Source: Candidatus Latescibacterota bacterium
Lineage (GTDB): Bacteria > Latescibacterota > UBA2968 > UBA8231
Direction of reading: 5' to 3'
NCBI GenBank assembly: GCA_965242865.1
Contig: CBDETK010000013.1
Span: 3,552,001-3,616,000 of the forward strand
DNA: 64,000 nt
Shown: in pieces, positions 1-7,980 of the stretch
Numbering within the stretch: position 1 is the stretch's first letter
Layout of the letters: the number at the start of each line of letters is the position of its first letter
Notes under the pieces: generated by a model
Seen by the model: the letters and a program-made list of their open reading frames with translations, nothing else
Told to the model about the DNA's origin: nothing
Databases searched by the model: none
Made by a program: the position numbers and the translations under genes

Positions 1-2
1 AC

Positions 3-479
3 CGCGCCTTGCAGGAAAACGGAGATAAACGACTCAAGATGATAGATGACTGTGTACGCACTGTTCTACGACGCTTGGGAGGCTTACCAGAGGCTAGGGG
101 TAACCGAACTGTGTATGTTGATTGTCCGTTCGGACGTGCTTGGTGGCGGGAACACTTAGTGAAACAGATCGCACAGGGAGAGACGGAACGCGAAACACAG
201 GTTCGCAGCGTTATCCGGATCCATCAGACCTACTGGGAGAAAATTATCCAGCTCATCGTTTCCAGAAACTCGACGTTTGGCTCACTTGAAGTCCGCAATG
301 CGTTCGTTCTAGCTCTAGCCCAATTCATCGCAGCCAATCCCAAAACTGAACTACGAGAAACGAAAGGACTTCAGCGCGCTTGTCGACGGGTCGCCGCGCA
401 CCAAGGCACTCGGGAACTCAGCATCCTTGATGATGCCGAACTCGGAGAAGTTATGGATGGAGTCCTCCGTTCTGTATAG
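3..479 (+). CDS. Hypothetical protein, 5'-truncated by window edge (accessory/defence-island associated)
   Basis: Frame open to the window start; lower GC than the core; directly upstream of the DUF262 gene. Confidence 0.6.
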   Translation, partial: RALQENGDKRLKMIDDCVRTVLRRLGGLPEARGNRTVYVDCPFGRAWWREHLVKQIAQGETERETQVRSVIRIHQTYWEKIIQLIVSRNSTFGSLEVRNAFVLALAQFIAANPKTELRETKGLQRACRRVAAHQGTRELSILDDAELGEVMDGVLRSV

Positions 480-565
480 AATGTGCCCTGATGTCGCAAT
501 TAAAAAATAGTGTCTCCGACGCATCTTGAGCAGTCACATAAACCCGAAAACCGAGGAACTCTCTC

Positions 566-2383
566 ATGCCCATTTCTAGGCCTGCACGATACGAACGCCG
601 GAAAATCAGAGACTGGCTCATAATGGCCGAAAACGGCGAAATCGCCCTCCCTACGTTCCAGAGAAGCTATGTCTGGGGAAATCAGCGAATCGCCGATTAC
701 CTAAAAGCTTTATTCGAGAATAGGCCAACTGGCATCTTTCTTATTCTCGAAACCAACGGTTCTCCCCAATTCGAGTCACGGACTCTGAAGGACCTTGATG
801 GTAGCGGAGCAAGTGTCCAAGAACTCGTCCTAGATGGCCAACAACGCCTCACATCTCTTCGGAAGGCACTCCATGGGACACCTAGCAGTCGATTCTATAT
901 AGAGGTTGAAGATCTCATCAGACTCAACATGAAAATCAAGAGGATTACTTGGTACTCGGATAAGTCTGGGGAAGGTCGATCATTGCTTAATCCAAGAACG
1001 GCTTATGAAAAAAATCACATGCCGTTAGATATTCTATGGGACGACCCCGATAAAGAAGAAAATGCTTACAAACCTGGAAAGATATGGCAATGGTGTCATG
1101 ATGCCTGTGGCGGTAACGGTGCCAGTACCGCAAGATGTCTTGAAATTGCAATTGAAAAGAGTCTCTACAACCTGTTATTCCTAGAGCGAGAACTCTACTA
1201 CTGCGCTCTTCCGCACGAGACCGAACGTAACGTAGCAATTGAAGTCTTCGTCGAGACAAATAAGTCATCTGCTACGATCAAGCGGTTTGACATCGTTGTT
1301 GCCCTTGCACAAGGAGGCTATGGAGAGGATCTCCGAAATCGTATTGCCGACTTTCGCACACAGTACCCTGTAACCACACATTACTTTAGTAAAGATGAAG
1401 AAGAGGCGATTCCCGAAATCGGAGAGTGGATCCTAAAGGTGGCCTGCCTGAAAATCAGCAGTAAAAAATTTCCCAATGGAGCACCACCAAGGGAGAGTAA
1501 CTATGAAGCTGCTCTCGAGAGTCTATTTCAAGAGGGAGAGAAAAGTGGGCAAGAACGACTAGATACGTTGCAGGGCGACTTGGTGGCTGCTCTGGAAACC
1601 GTGGCACGGCATGGAGGAGCAACGCGCGAAGTGTTAGCAAGCTGGCCTCCAGTCCACGTCATCGCCGCGCTCCAAGATGACATTCGAATGATCAAAGATC
1701 CAAGAAGAGAAAGTACTACCAACGCACTAATTTCTGTTTACCTGTGGCGTACGATCCTGACAGACAGGTATGAGGCACAAGCGAACGACCGGCTGTTCGA
1801 GGATTTTAAGGCTCTACGAGACTGTTTGATAAAGCTTAGGAAAACGGGGAATTTTGGCAATCCACCGTTGATTTTCGATAATGAGGCGTATCCGGTTCAT
1901 ACATGCAAAGAACTTATAAAAATGCTGCCATGGATAGGGAGAAAGTCACGTCTCGGACGTGGCATTGCTGGAATCGTTATGAAACAGACGCCTCAAGATT
2001 GGGTGACCGGAAATCCGCTTGACGTAAATACCGTTCGTGACCTAGAAGGGAGAGGAGAACTGAATCGTCACCATGTTTTTCCAAAAGCATTTCTGAAAGA
2101 ATCGGTGCCAAAAGAAAAAGTTGATCACGGGCTAAACGGCGTTCTGCTGAGCGGAGGCTCAAACCGTGTTCTTTCAAGTATGGATCCGAAGGAGTACCTT
2201 CAGAAACTTCTCAAGGACACTCAGAGCCTAGATGAAAAGGAGCTTCGCAAAAGGGTAGAGTCGCACCTCGTCCCGTACGATGCCCTGATAGCCGAAGGCA
2301 CCCCGGAAAGCCGGTACGAGAGCTTCCTTGAGCAAAGGGCCAAACTCATCGTAAAAGAAATCAAAAATCTTACGAATTTATGA
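566..2383 (+). CDS. GmrSD-like (DUF262 + C-terminal HNH-like) putative modification-dependent restriction nuclease
   Basis: LPTFQRSYVW, LDGQQRLT, FVETN motifs (DUF262); C-terminal HHVFPK...N...N; GAGGA RBS. Confidence 0.85.
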   Translation: MPISRPARYERRKIRDWLIMAENGEIALPTFQRSYVWGNQRIADYLKALFENRPTGIFLILETNGSPQFESRTLKDLDGSGASVQELVLDGQQRLTSLRKALHGTPSSRFYIEVEDLIRLNMKIKRITWYSDKSGEGRSLLNPRTAYEKNHMPLDILWDDPDKEENAYKPGKIWQWCHDACGGNGASTARCLEIAIEKSLYNLLFLERELYYCALPHETERNVAIEVFVETNKSSATIKRFDIVVALAQGGYGEDLRNRIADFRTQYPVTTHYFSKDEEEAIPEIGEWILKVACLKISSKKFPNGAPPRESNYEAALESLFQEGEKSGQERLDTLQGDLVAALETVARHGGATREVLASWPPVHVIAALQDDIRMIKDPRRESTTNALISVYLWRTILTDRYEAQANDRLFEDFKALRDCLIKLRKTGNFGNPPLIFDNEAYPVHTCKELIKMLPWIGRKSRLGRGIAGIVMKQTPQDWVTGNPLDVNTVRDLEGRGELNRHHVFPKAFLKESVPKEKVDHGLNGVLLSGGSNRVLSSMDPKEYLQKLLKDTQSLDEKELRKRVESHLVPYDALIAEGTPESRYESFLEQRAKLIVKEIKNLTNL

Positions 2384-2416
2384 TCAGCACTGTGGCCCAC
2401 GAATATCCGGTGGTGT

Positions 2417-2456
2417 AACAGCCCCTTAGCTTACGTACACAAGCTGAGGGGCTGTT
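2417..2456. terminator. Hairpin between convergent genes
   Basis: aacagccccttagctt-N8-aagctgaggggctgtt inverted repeat. Confidence 0.7.
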
Positions 2457-2476
2457 TGCATTATCCCGGTCCGGGT

Positions 2477-3394
2477 TCATCGCATCTCGCCTTCCTCGGC
2501 CATGCGCTTGATTTGTCCCCAGCTTGCGGCCTCCACTGCCGTGGCGGGGAGTTCGCGCACAGCACAGCGAAACCCGACGATGACGTAGGTCGCCGAAGGC
2601 GGCAGCCCACTGCGGTCGGTAGTGTGCAGGCGATACGGGTTGCTGCTCATTGACCCACCCCTAAGCACCCGGCTGCTCCCGGCGTCCGGCCTCTGCGGGT
2701 CGCGCTCGGGGCTCTGTGCATAGTAATCCGCGCCGTACCAATCCACTACCCACTCCCAGACATTGCCCCCCATATCGTAAGCCCCATAGGGAGAGACCCC
2801 GCACGGGTAAGAGCCAACCGGGGCTGAACCGAAAAAGCCGTCGCGGTCGTCGCCGTGGCCGCCGCTTTCGCGGCCGTAGTTGGCCCGGCTGCGGTCAATG
2901 GAATTGCCCCAGGGATAGAGGCGGCCGTCAGTGCCGCGGGCCGCCTTCTCCCACATGGCCTCGGTCGGCAACTGCAGGCCAGCCCAAGTGCAATACGCAC
3001 GGGCACCGTACCACGAGACCTCGGCGACAGGCCGCTGTTCAGAGCCGGGAATCGGCGCGTATCGCTCTCGGCCGTAGCGGATTGGTGCGTCGGGGTCGCG
3101 CAGATCGAACAGTAGATGCCCTTCCCCATCCGCATTGCGGCCCCTGTCGTTTAAAAAAGCAGCGTACTGGTCGTTGTTTACTTCAAAACGGTCAATGTAG
3201 AAGTCGTCGAGATAGACTGAGTGGACCGGCTGCTCGTCCGCCCGTCCCTCGGCCGAGCCCATCGTAAAATAACCGGCCGCGACGCGGGCCAACTCGTGCA
3301 TGGTGCCGGCGGGCGTCTGCACTTGGACTGTCTCTTGGGCTAGGACATTTGGCACCCATACCAAAAAGCACCAGAACGCACTGCTGCACACCAT
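2477..3394 (-). CDS. Secreted FGE-sulfatase (SUMF1/EgtB-like) domain protein with C-terminal SWGQIK motif
   Basis: FTMGS, LPTEAMWEKAARG, YDMGGNVWEW, RVLRGGS, VGFRC motifs; signal peptide; GGAGG RBS. Confidence 0.9.
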   Translation of the reverse strand: MVCSSAFWCFLVWVPNVLAQETVQVQTPAGTMHELARVAAGYFTMGSAEGRADEQPVHSVYLDDFYIDRFEVNNDQYAAFLNDRGRNADGEGHLLFDLRDPDAPIRYGRERYAPIPGSEQRPVAEVSWYGARAYCTWAGLQLPTEAMWEKAARGTDGRLYPWGNSIDRSRANYGRESGGHGDDRDGFFGSAPVGSYPCGVSPYGAYDMGGNVWEWVVDWYGADYYAQSPERDPQRPDAGSSRVLRGGSMSSNPYRLHTTDRSGLPPSATYVIVGFRCAVRELPATAVEAASWGQIKRMAEEGEMR

Positions 3395-3484
3395 GCTGCC
3401 TCCGCTACGTGGTCTTTTTCGTCGCGATCCGTTGATTTACTTTCCTAATACATAACTGCCAGCCCTCATTCCAGCAAAAAGAAA

Positions 3485-4750
3485 TTGGTCTCCACGCACC
3501 GCGAGGCCCTGTCGCTTTTTAACCGCGACGTGCGCCTAGTGCTTTTCAGCCAAGCCCTGCTCGGGTTTACGATTTTCGGCGGCGTCTATACGGTCCTGCT
3601 CAATCTCTATCTCCTGCGCCTAGGCTACGGCCCCCAACTGATCGGCCAAGTCAATGCGGTTGGCGCGCTGTCGTTTGCCCTCTTGAGCATGCCCGCAGGC
3701 GTGTTGGCCAACCGCTGGGGAGCGCGGCCGAGCATGATCGTCGGCATGGTGATCGCGGCTTTCGGGTTTGGTGCGTTGCCCCTCGGGGAGTTCGTTCCGG
3801 CCTCCGCCCAGCTAGCGTGGATCATGGGCGCGTATGCCCTCGGCGTCCTCGGCAATACGCTCTTCCTCGTCTGCTCCATTCCCTTCCTGACCCTGATCTG
3901 TCCGCCGCGCCTGCGCAACCACGTGTTCTCAACCCAAGTGGCCCTGTGGCCGCTAGCGGGTTTTGCCGGCAGCCTGTGCGGTGGCCTGCTGCCCGGCCTC
4001 TTCGCCGCGCTCCTCGGCCTGCCCGCAGACCACCCGGCCCCCTACCGCTATCCGCTGCTGCTGGCCGCCGGCGTGCTATTCATCAGCGCCGGAGCTATCG
4101 CCGCAACTCGCTCCCCGGCGCACAAACCGCCGGCGCGGGAACGCAGCCAAGCAACGCCCGTCCCGTGGGCCATCATCCTCGCCTTGAGCTTGGTCACCTT
4201 CTTGCAGATGGCCGCGGAAAACAGCCTCCGCGTCTTCTTCAATGTGTACATGGATGACGGCCTCGGGGCCTCCACCGCGCTGATCGGCAGTCTGACGGCC
4301 GGGGGACAGCTCCTAGCCGCTTGTACTGCGTTGGCCGCCCCGGCACTCAGCCGGCGGTTTGGCCGGGTGCCGGTGATTACCGCGGGGGCCGGGACGATGG
4401 TGCTGTGCCTCGTCCCCTTGGCGCTGGTCGCCCATTGGGCGGTGGCCGGCGCCGCCGGTATGGCGCTGGTCGCGCTCAGCTCGATCCGCCGGTCGGTCTA
4501 TATCGTCTTTCAGCAGGAATTGGTCCCCGAGCGCTGGCGAGTTACCATGAGCTCGGCGCTGACGATGGCTTACGGCATCAGCATTGCCGGCATTTCGCTC
4601 GGCGGCGGCCGGCTGATCGACGCGCTGGGGTATCGGGCGTTGTTTTTGAGCTGCGCCCTAATTACGACGGTGGGCGTGCTGTGCTTTCAGGGGTACTTCC
4701 GCATCCCGCGGGGCGAGTACGCCAACCGCCCGACCGAGGAGCGGGTGTAG
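3485..4750 (+). CDS. MFS transporter
   Basis: About 12 hydrophobic segments; GVLANRWGAR motif A. Confidence 0.85.
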   Translation: MVSTHREALSLFNRDVRLVLFSQALLGFTIFGGVYTVLLNLYLLRLGYGPQLIGQVNAVGALSFALLSMPAGVLANRWGARPSMIVGMVIAAFGFGALPLGEFVPASAQLAWIMGAYALGVLGNTLFLVCSIPFLTLICPPRLRNHVFSTQVALWPLAGFAGSLCGGLLPGLFAALLGLPADHPAPYRYPLLLAAGVLFISAGAIAATRSPAHKPPARERSQATPVPWAIILALSLVTFLQMAAENSLRVFFNVYMDDGLGASTALIGSLTAGGQLLAACTALAAPALSRRFGRVPVITAGAGTMVLCLVPLALVAHWAVAGAAGMALVALSSIRRSVYIVFQQELVPERWRVTMSSALTMAYGISIAGISLGGGRLIDALGYRALFLSCALITTVGVLCFQGYFRIPRGEYANRPTEERV

Positions 4751-4831
4751 CGCGACCAGAACTAAAGGCGTCCCACTTGCATGCGGCGGATGCGAGTGGG
4801 ACGCCCGCGATGGCAGCGGGGGGATGAACGC

Positions 4832-6496
4832 CTACTCGGTGCGCATCACCAACACCTCGTAGGTGACCGGCTCGGCTACGCGCTCCATCTTCACCCCGAA
4901 CTGCGCACGCAAGTAATCGAGGGCCACGTCCCAGCCCTCGGAGAAATCGACGTCGATATCTACTGGGCGTTCAAAGGGATTGTCGGCCGCGCCATCCCAT
5001 TGCAGCTCAATTTCGTCGAGGTCGAAGTCGTAGCCTTCGACTAGGTCGTTGCGCGCGGCGTTTGTGAGCATACTCTCGATCGCCGGCCCGAGCCGCCGCC
5101 CGGTAGCGTAGTAGTTGTATCCATTGGTCCCAGAGCCTCCCCGGTGCGGGTTCGTCGGAAATTCGGAGCCATCTTGGGTAAAAATCCAGCGACGCTTCGT
5201 GCCCTGCCGCTCTTCCACCGCAGCGACAAAACCAAAGCGGCGGCCTAAACGCTGGACGCGCTCAACCGGGGTTAGACGATGGCTGTAGGCCACCCGCACG
5301 GAGTAGGGCTGGTCGGCGACCTTCTCCACGCGAGGTTCCACCGGCATTTCCCCAAGAGACCGCACAATTTCGGCCAGCGGAGTGCGGTGAAATTCGCAGC
5401 GCGTGATCCCGCCGCCGGTGGAAGAGGCCCGGCTTTGGCTGCCCTTGCTCCGGTCATCCGAGGGCGGGTGGACGATGATATCCATCCCGTCTAGGGGCAT
5501 GTAAAACGCCCTGTTCCACGGCACAAACGGCTCTAGCATCATACCGAACGGATTGGCCTCAGCCGCCGAAAGGGGCAACGGCTGGACCGCATCCTCGGCA
5601 ACCGCAAACAGCTCGTCCGCCAGCGGCGCGTCGTACTCCAGATAGCTCAATTCGCTGACCAGCTCCCAATCTTCTTGGCCCACATCGAGATACACGCGGG
5701 AGTGGTTGGGCAACCGCGCCTGAGCATCCACTTCGACTTCGTACCGAATATCGGCCGGGGTCTTGCGCCCCAGCGAGGAGCGTTGCCAGATCGAAAAAAG
5801 CACGGTCGCCCCTCGATCCTCGTGCTCAATCTGGTAGTTCCCACGTTCTAGTTCCTCGTTTTCGGGCAGCGCTAGTTGCTCGGCGAGTGCGCCTATCGAC
5901 CACGCCTTTTCCGCGTCGAGGTCTTTTCCATACCAGACGCCGTCCGCGTACGTCTGCATTTTGGCGTCGTTCACCACGACCGCCCACCGCGCCGCGCCCG
6001 TGCCGACTTCAGAGCGGAAAGAGTGCGGGGCCTTGAGCCACTGCTTCACGGGCACCTGTTCGCCCTGTTCGCCGCGAATCCAGCCCTCCACGCGCACGGA
6101 GTTGAGCTTGCGCACTTCGGCCACCACTTCGGCCCACGCAGAAGTAGTCCCCTGCCAGAGCACGCCCAACACCACCCCGGCTAGCCCGGCCGCGAGCCCG
6201 GCCAGGTACACCGGCCGCGGCAGCCGCTGCCAAAATCCGGTGCGCTGGGTTTTGGCCGCGCGCTCCTCCGCGTGAATCGCTTGCCGCGCGTTGGCGCGAG
6301 CCGCTGCAAAGAGCGCGGCCGGCGGCTCGGCCGCGCCAATGTCGGCGCTCAGCTCCAGCACGGTGCGCACCGCCTCTACGTCGTCGACCGCTTCCGGGTG
6401 GTCGGCCAAGTAGGCTTCGATCTGGAGCGCTTCTGCGGTCGATAGCTCGCCCCGCACGTAGTCGCTCAGCTTGCGTTCAAATTCTTCTCTCAACAT
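4832..6496 (-). CDS. Anti-sigma factor (N-terminal ASD, TM helix, large periplasmic region)
   Basis: LSDYVRGELS...IEAYLADHP N-terminus, one TM, 'AWAEVVAEV' post-TM motif; directly downstream of the ECF sigma; start revised to ATG 6496. Confidence 0.75.
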   Translation of the reverse strand: MLREEFERKLSDYVRGELSTAEALQIEAYLADHPEAVDDVEAVRTVLELSADIGAAEPPAALFAAARANARQAIHAEERAAKTQRTGFWQRLPRPVYLAGLAAGLAGVVLGVLWQGTTSAWAEVVAEVRKLNSVRVEGWIRGEQGEQVPVKQWLKAPHSFRSEVGTGAARWAVVVNDAKMQTYADGVWYGKDLDAEKAWSIGALAEQLALPENEELERGNYQIEHEDRGATVLFSIWQRSSLGRKTPADIRYEVEVDAQARLPNHSRVYLDVGQEDWELVSELSYLEYDAPLADELFAVAEDAVQPLPLSAAEANPFGMMLEPFVPWNRAFYMPLDGMDIIVHPPSDDRSKGSQSRASSTGGGITRCEFHRTPLAEIVRSLGEMPVEPRVEKVADQPYSVRVAYSHRLTPVERVQRLGRRFGFVAAVEERQGTKRRWIFTQDGSEFPTNPHRGGSGTNGYNYYATGRRLGPAIESMLTNAARNDLVEGYDFDLDEIELQWDGAADNPFERPVDIDVDFSEGWDVALDYLRAQFGVKMERVAEPVTYEVLVMRTE

Positions 6497-6501
6497 GGCG
6501 T

Positions 6502-7050
6502 TTAGTCCTTGCAGTCGGCACCCATCTGGGCGCGGATTTTCTTGAGTGCTTTGTACTCGCTGGCTCTGGCCGATTCCTCGCTGCATCCGAGTCGGGCGGC
6601 GATCTCGGCAAAGGGCCAGCCCTCGAAGTTGCGCAGGGCAAAGACCATGCGCTGGCGGTCGGGCAATTCAGCGGCCAAGTCGCGCACCCGCTCCATGAGC
6701 AAGCGGCGCTCGGCATCTTGGTCGGCGACGGCTTCCACCGCGCGGTCCTCTGCTTCGCAGAATAGCACCCGACGTTGATACCGCCGGATTTTGAAGGCCG
6801 CGTTGGTCGCCACTTGGCAAAGCCACGCTTTGGGGTGGGCGATGCGCTCGCCCCGCGCACAGGCCGTGTAGAAGCGCAGGAAGGTCTCTTGGAAAACCTC
6901 CTGCGCTTCCTCGGCATTGGCGACGATCTTGTAGGCTACCTTGAGCACCAAGCGTCCGTAGTGCTCTACCGCTGCGGTGCTTTCGTCGGCTGGTCGGCGC
7001 AAAACTTCCTCCCGGTATGAATGTCTGAGCGTCGTCGCGATAACAGTCAT
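6502..7050 (-). CDS. ECF RNA polymerase sigma factor
   Basis: AQEVFQETFLR, AWLCQVATN (region 2); LPDRQRMVFALRNFEG..AEIA (region 4). Confidence 0.9.
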   Translation of the reverse strand: MTVIATTLRHSYREEVLRRPADESTAAVEHYGRLVLKVAYKIVANAEEAQEVFQETFLRFYTACARGERIAHPKAWLCQVATNAAFKIRRYQRRVLFCEAEDRAVEAVADQDAERRLLMERVRDLAAELPDRQRMVFALRNFEGWPFAEIAARLGCSEESARASEYKALKKIRAQMGADCKD

Positions 7051-7063
7051 GTCTAAGGTCCGA

Positions 7064-7849
7064 TTATAGGGCCGAGAAGAGAAAGGGATTCGGCCGCTTG
7101 GAGGCGTAAAAGACTTCGACAAAGCGCCACATCGCCCGCTCTGAATCCCAGACCAACCGACAGAAGAAGGGGGTGCAAACCGGCCCTTCCGACCCGGCGA
7201 ACTCGGCCGGCTCTGCGGCGACAAACGCGATGTCCGTAAAGACCCGCTTCTCGCCGGCGCGCAGTGCCGCGGCCACCTCTTGCTGCAACTTGAACCTAGC
7301 CTTGACGACATTCCGCGGATGCGACCGATAGCGCTCGTAGCGGCCCTGCATCTCAAACACCTTGAAGGTGCTGTGGCGGAAGAAGGCGTGGCCAAAGCGG
7401 TATTCGCAGCCTTGGCTGTCGAGGACGGCGCGGTGCATGGCGCGGAACAGGTCAAAGGGCGTGTCGCCCTGGGAAATGCCCCAATGCGCTAGGGTCTCTT
7501 TTAGGTGCTTCAAGGCCGTGGGGTTGTTGACGCCCTCGCGGAGGTAAAACTGGGCGGCGAGGCTGTCGTTGCCAGAGACGGAAAAGGCGATCAGAAAGTC
7601 GTAGAGCCAGTCGCGCAAGTCGGCTTCCTGCTCGGCGGTGATGGGGACGCCCGGGGCGATGGGGATGGCCGCGATGGCCTGCCACAACGCGGGACCGGCT
7701 TTGACCTCGATCTTCTCTGCGGTGTGGATGTAGCCCAGCAAGCTCTGGAGTTTGTCGAGGCGGGGAGGCTTGGTCTCGACGGCCGCTGCGCTGGAAACGC
7801 CGCCATAGACGGCGATCAGGGCGATGCACAGGATGCGAATGCGTTGCAT
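7064..7849 (-). CDS. Hypothetical secreted protein
   Basis: Signal peptide ending SSAAA; AAGGAGG RBS; co-oriented with sigma/anti-sigma. Confidence 0.7.
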   Translation of the reverse strand: MQRIRILCIALIAVYGGVSSAAAVETKPPRLDKLQSLLGYIHTAEKIEVKAGPALWQAIAAIPIAPGVPITAEQEADLRDWLYDFLIAFSVSGNDSLAAQFYLREGVNNPTALKHLKETLAHWGISQGDTPFDLFRAMHRAVLDSQGCEYRFGHAFFRHSTFKVFEMQGRYERYRSHPRNVVKARFKLQQEVAAALRAGEKRVFTDIAFVAAEPAEFAGSEGPVCTPFFCRLVWDSERAMWRFVEVFYASKRPNPFLFSAL

Positions 7850-7980
7850 GATGCCCTCCTTTGCGGAAGAGTGCGGGTTCGGGTTGTCGTGCCGGCCGGC
7901 AGCGCATTTGCCCTATATGACCCACAAAGCGCGATCATGTGAACCGCTAAAATAAAAAAACCGCCCCAACCCCCCCCTTC

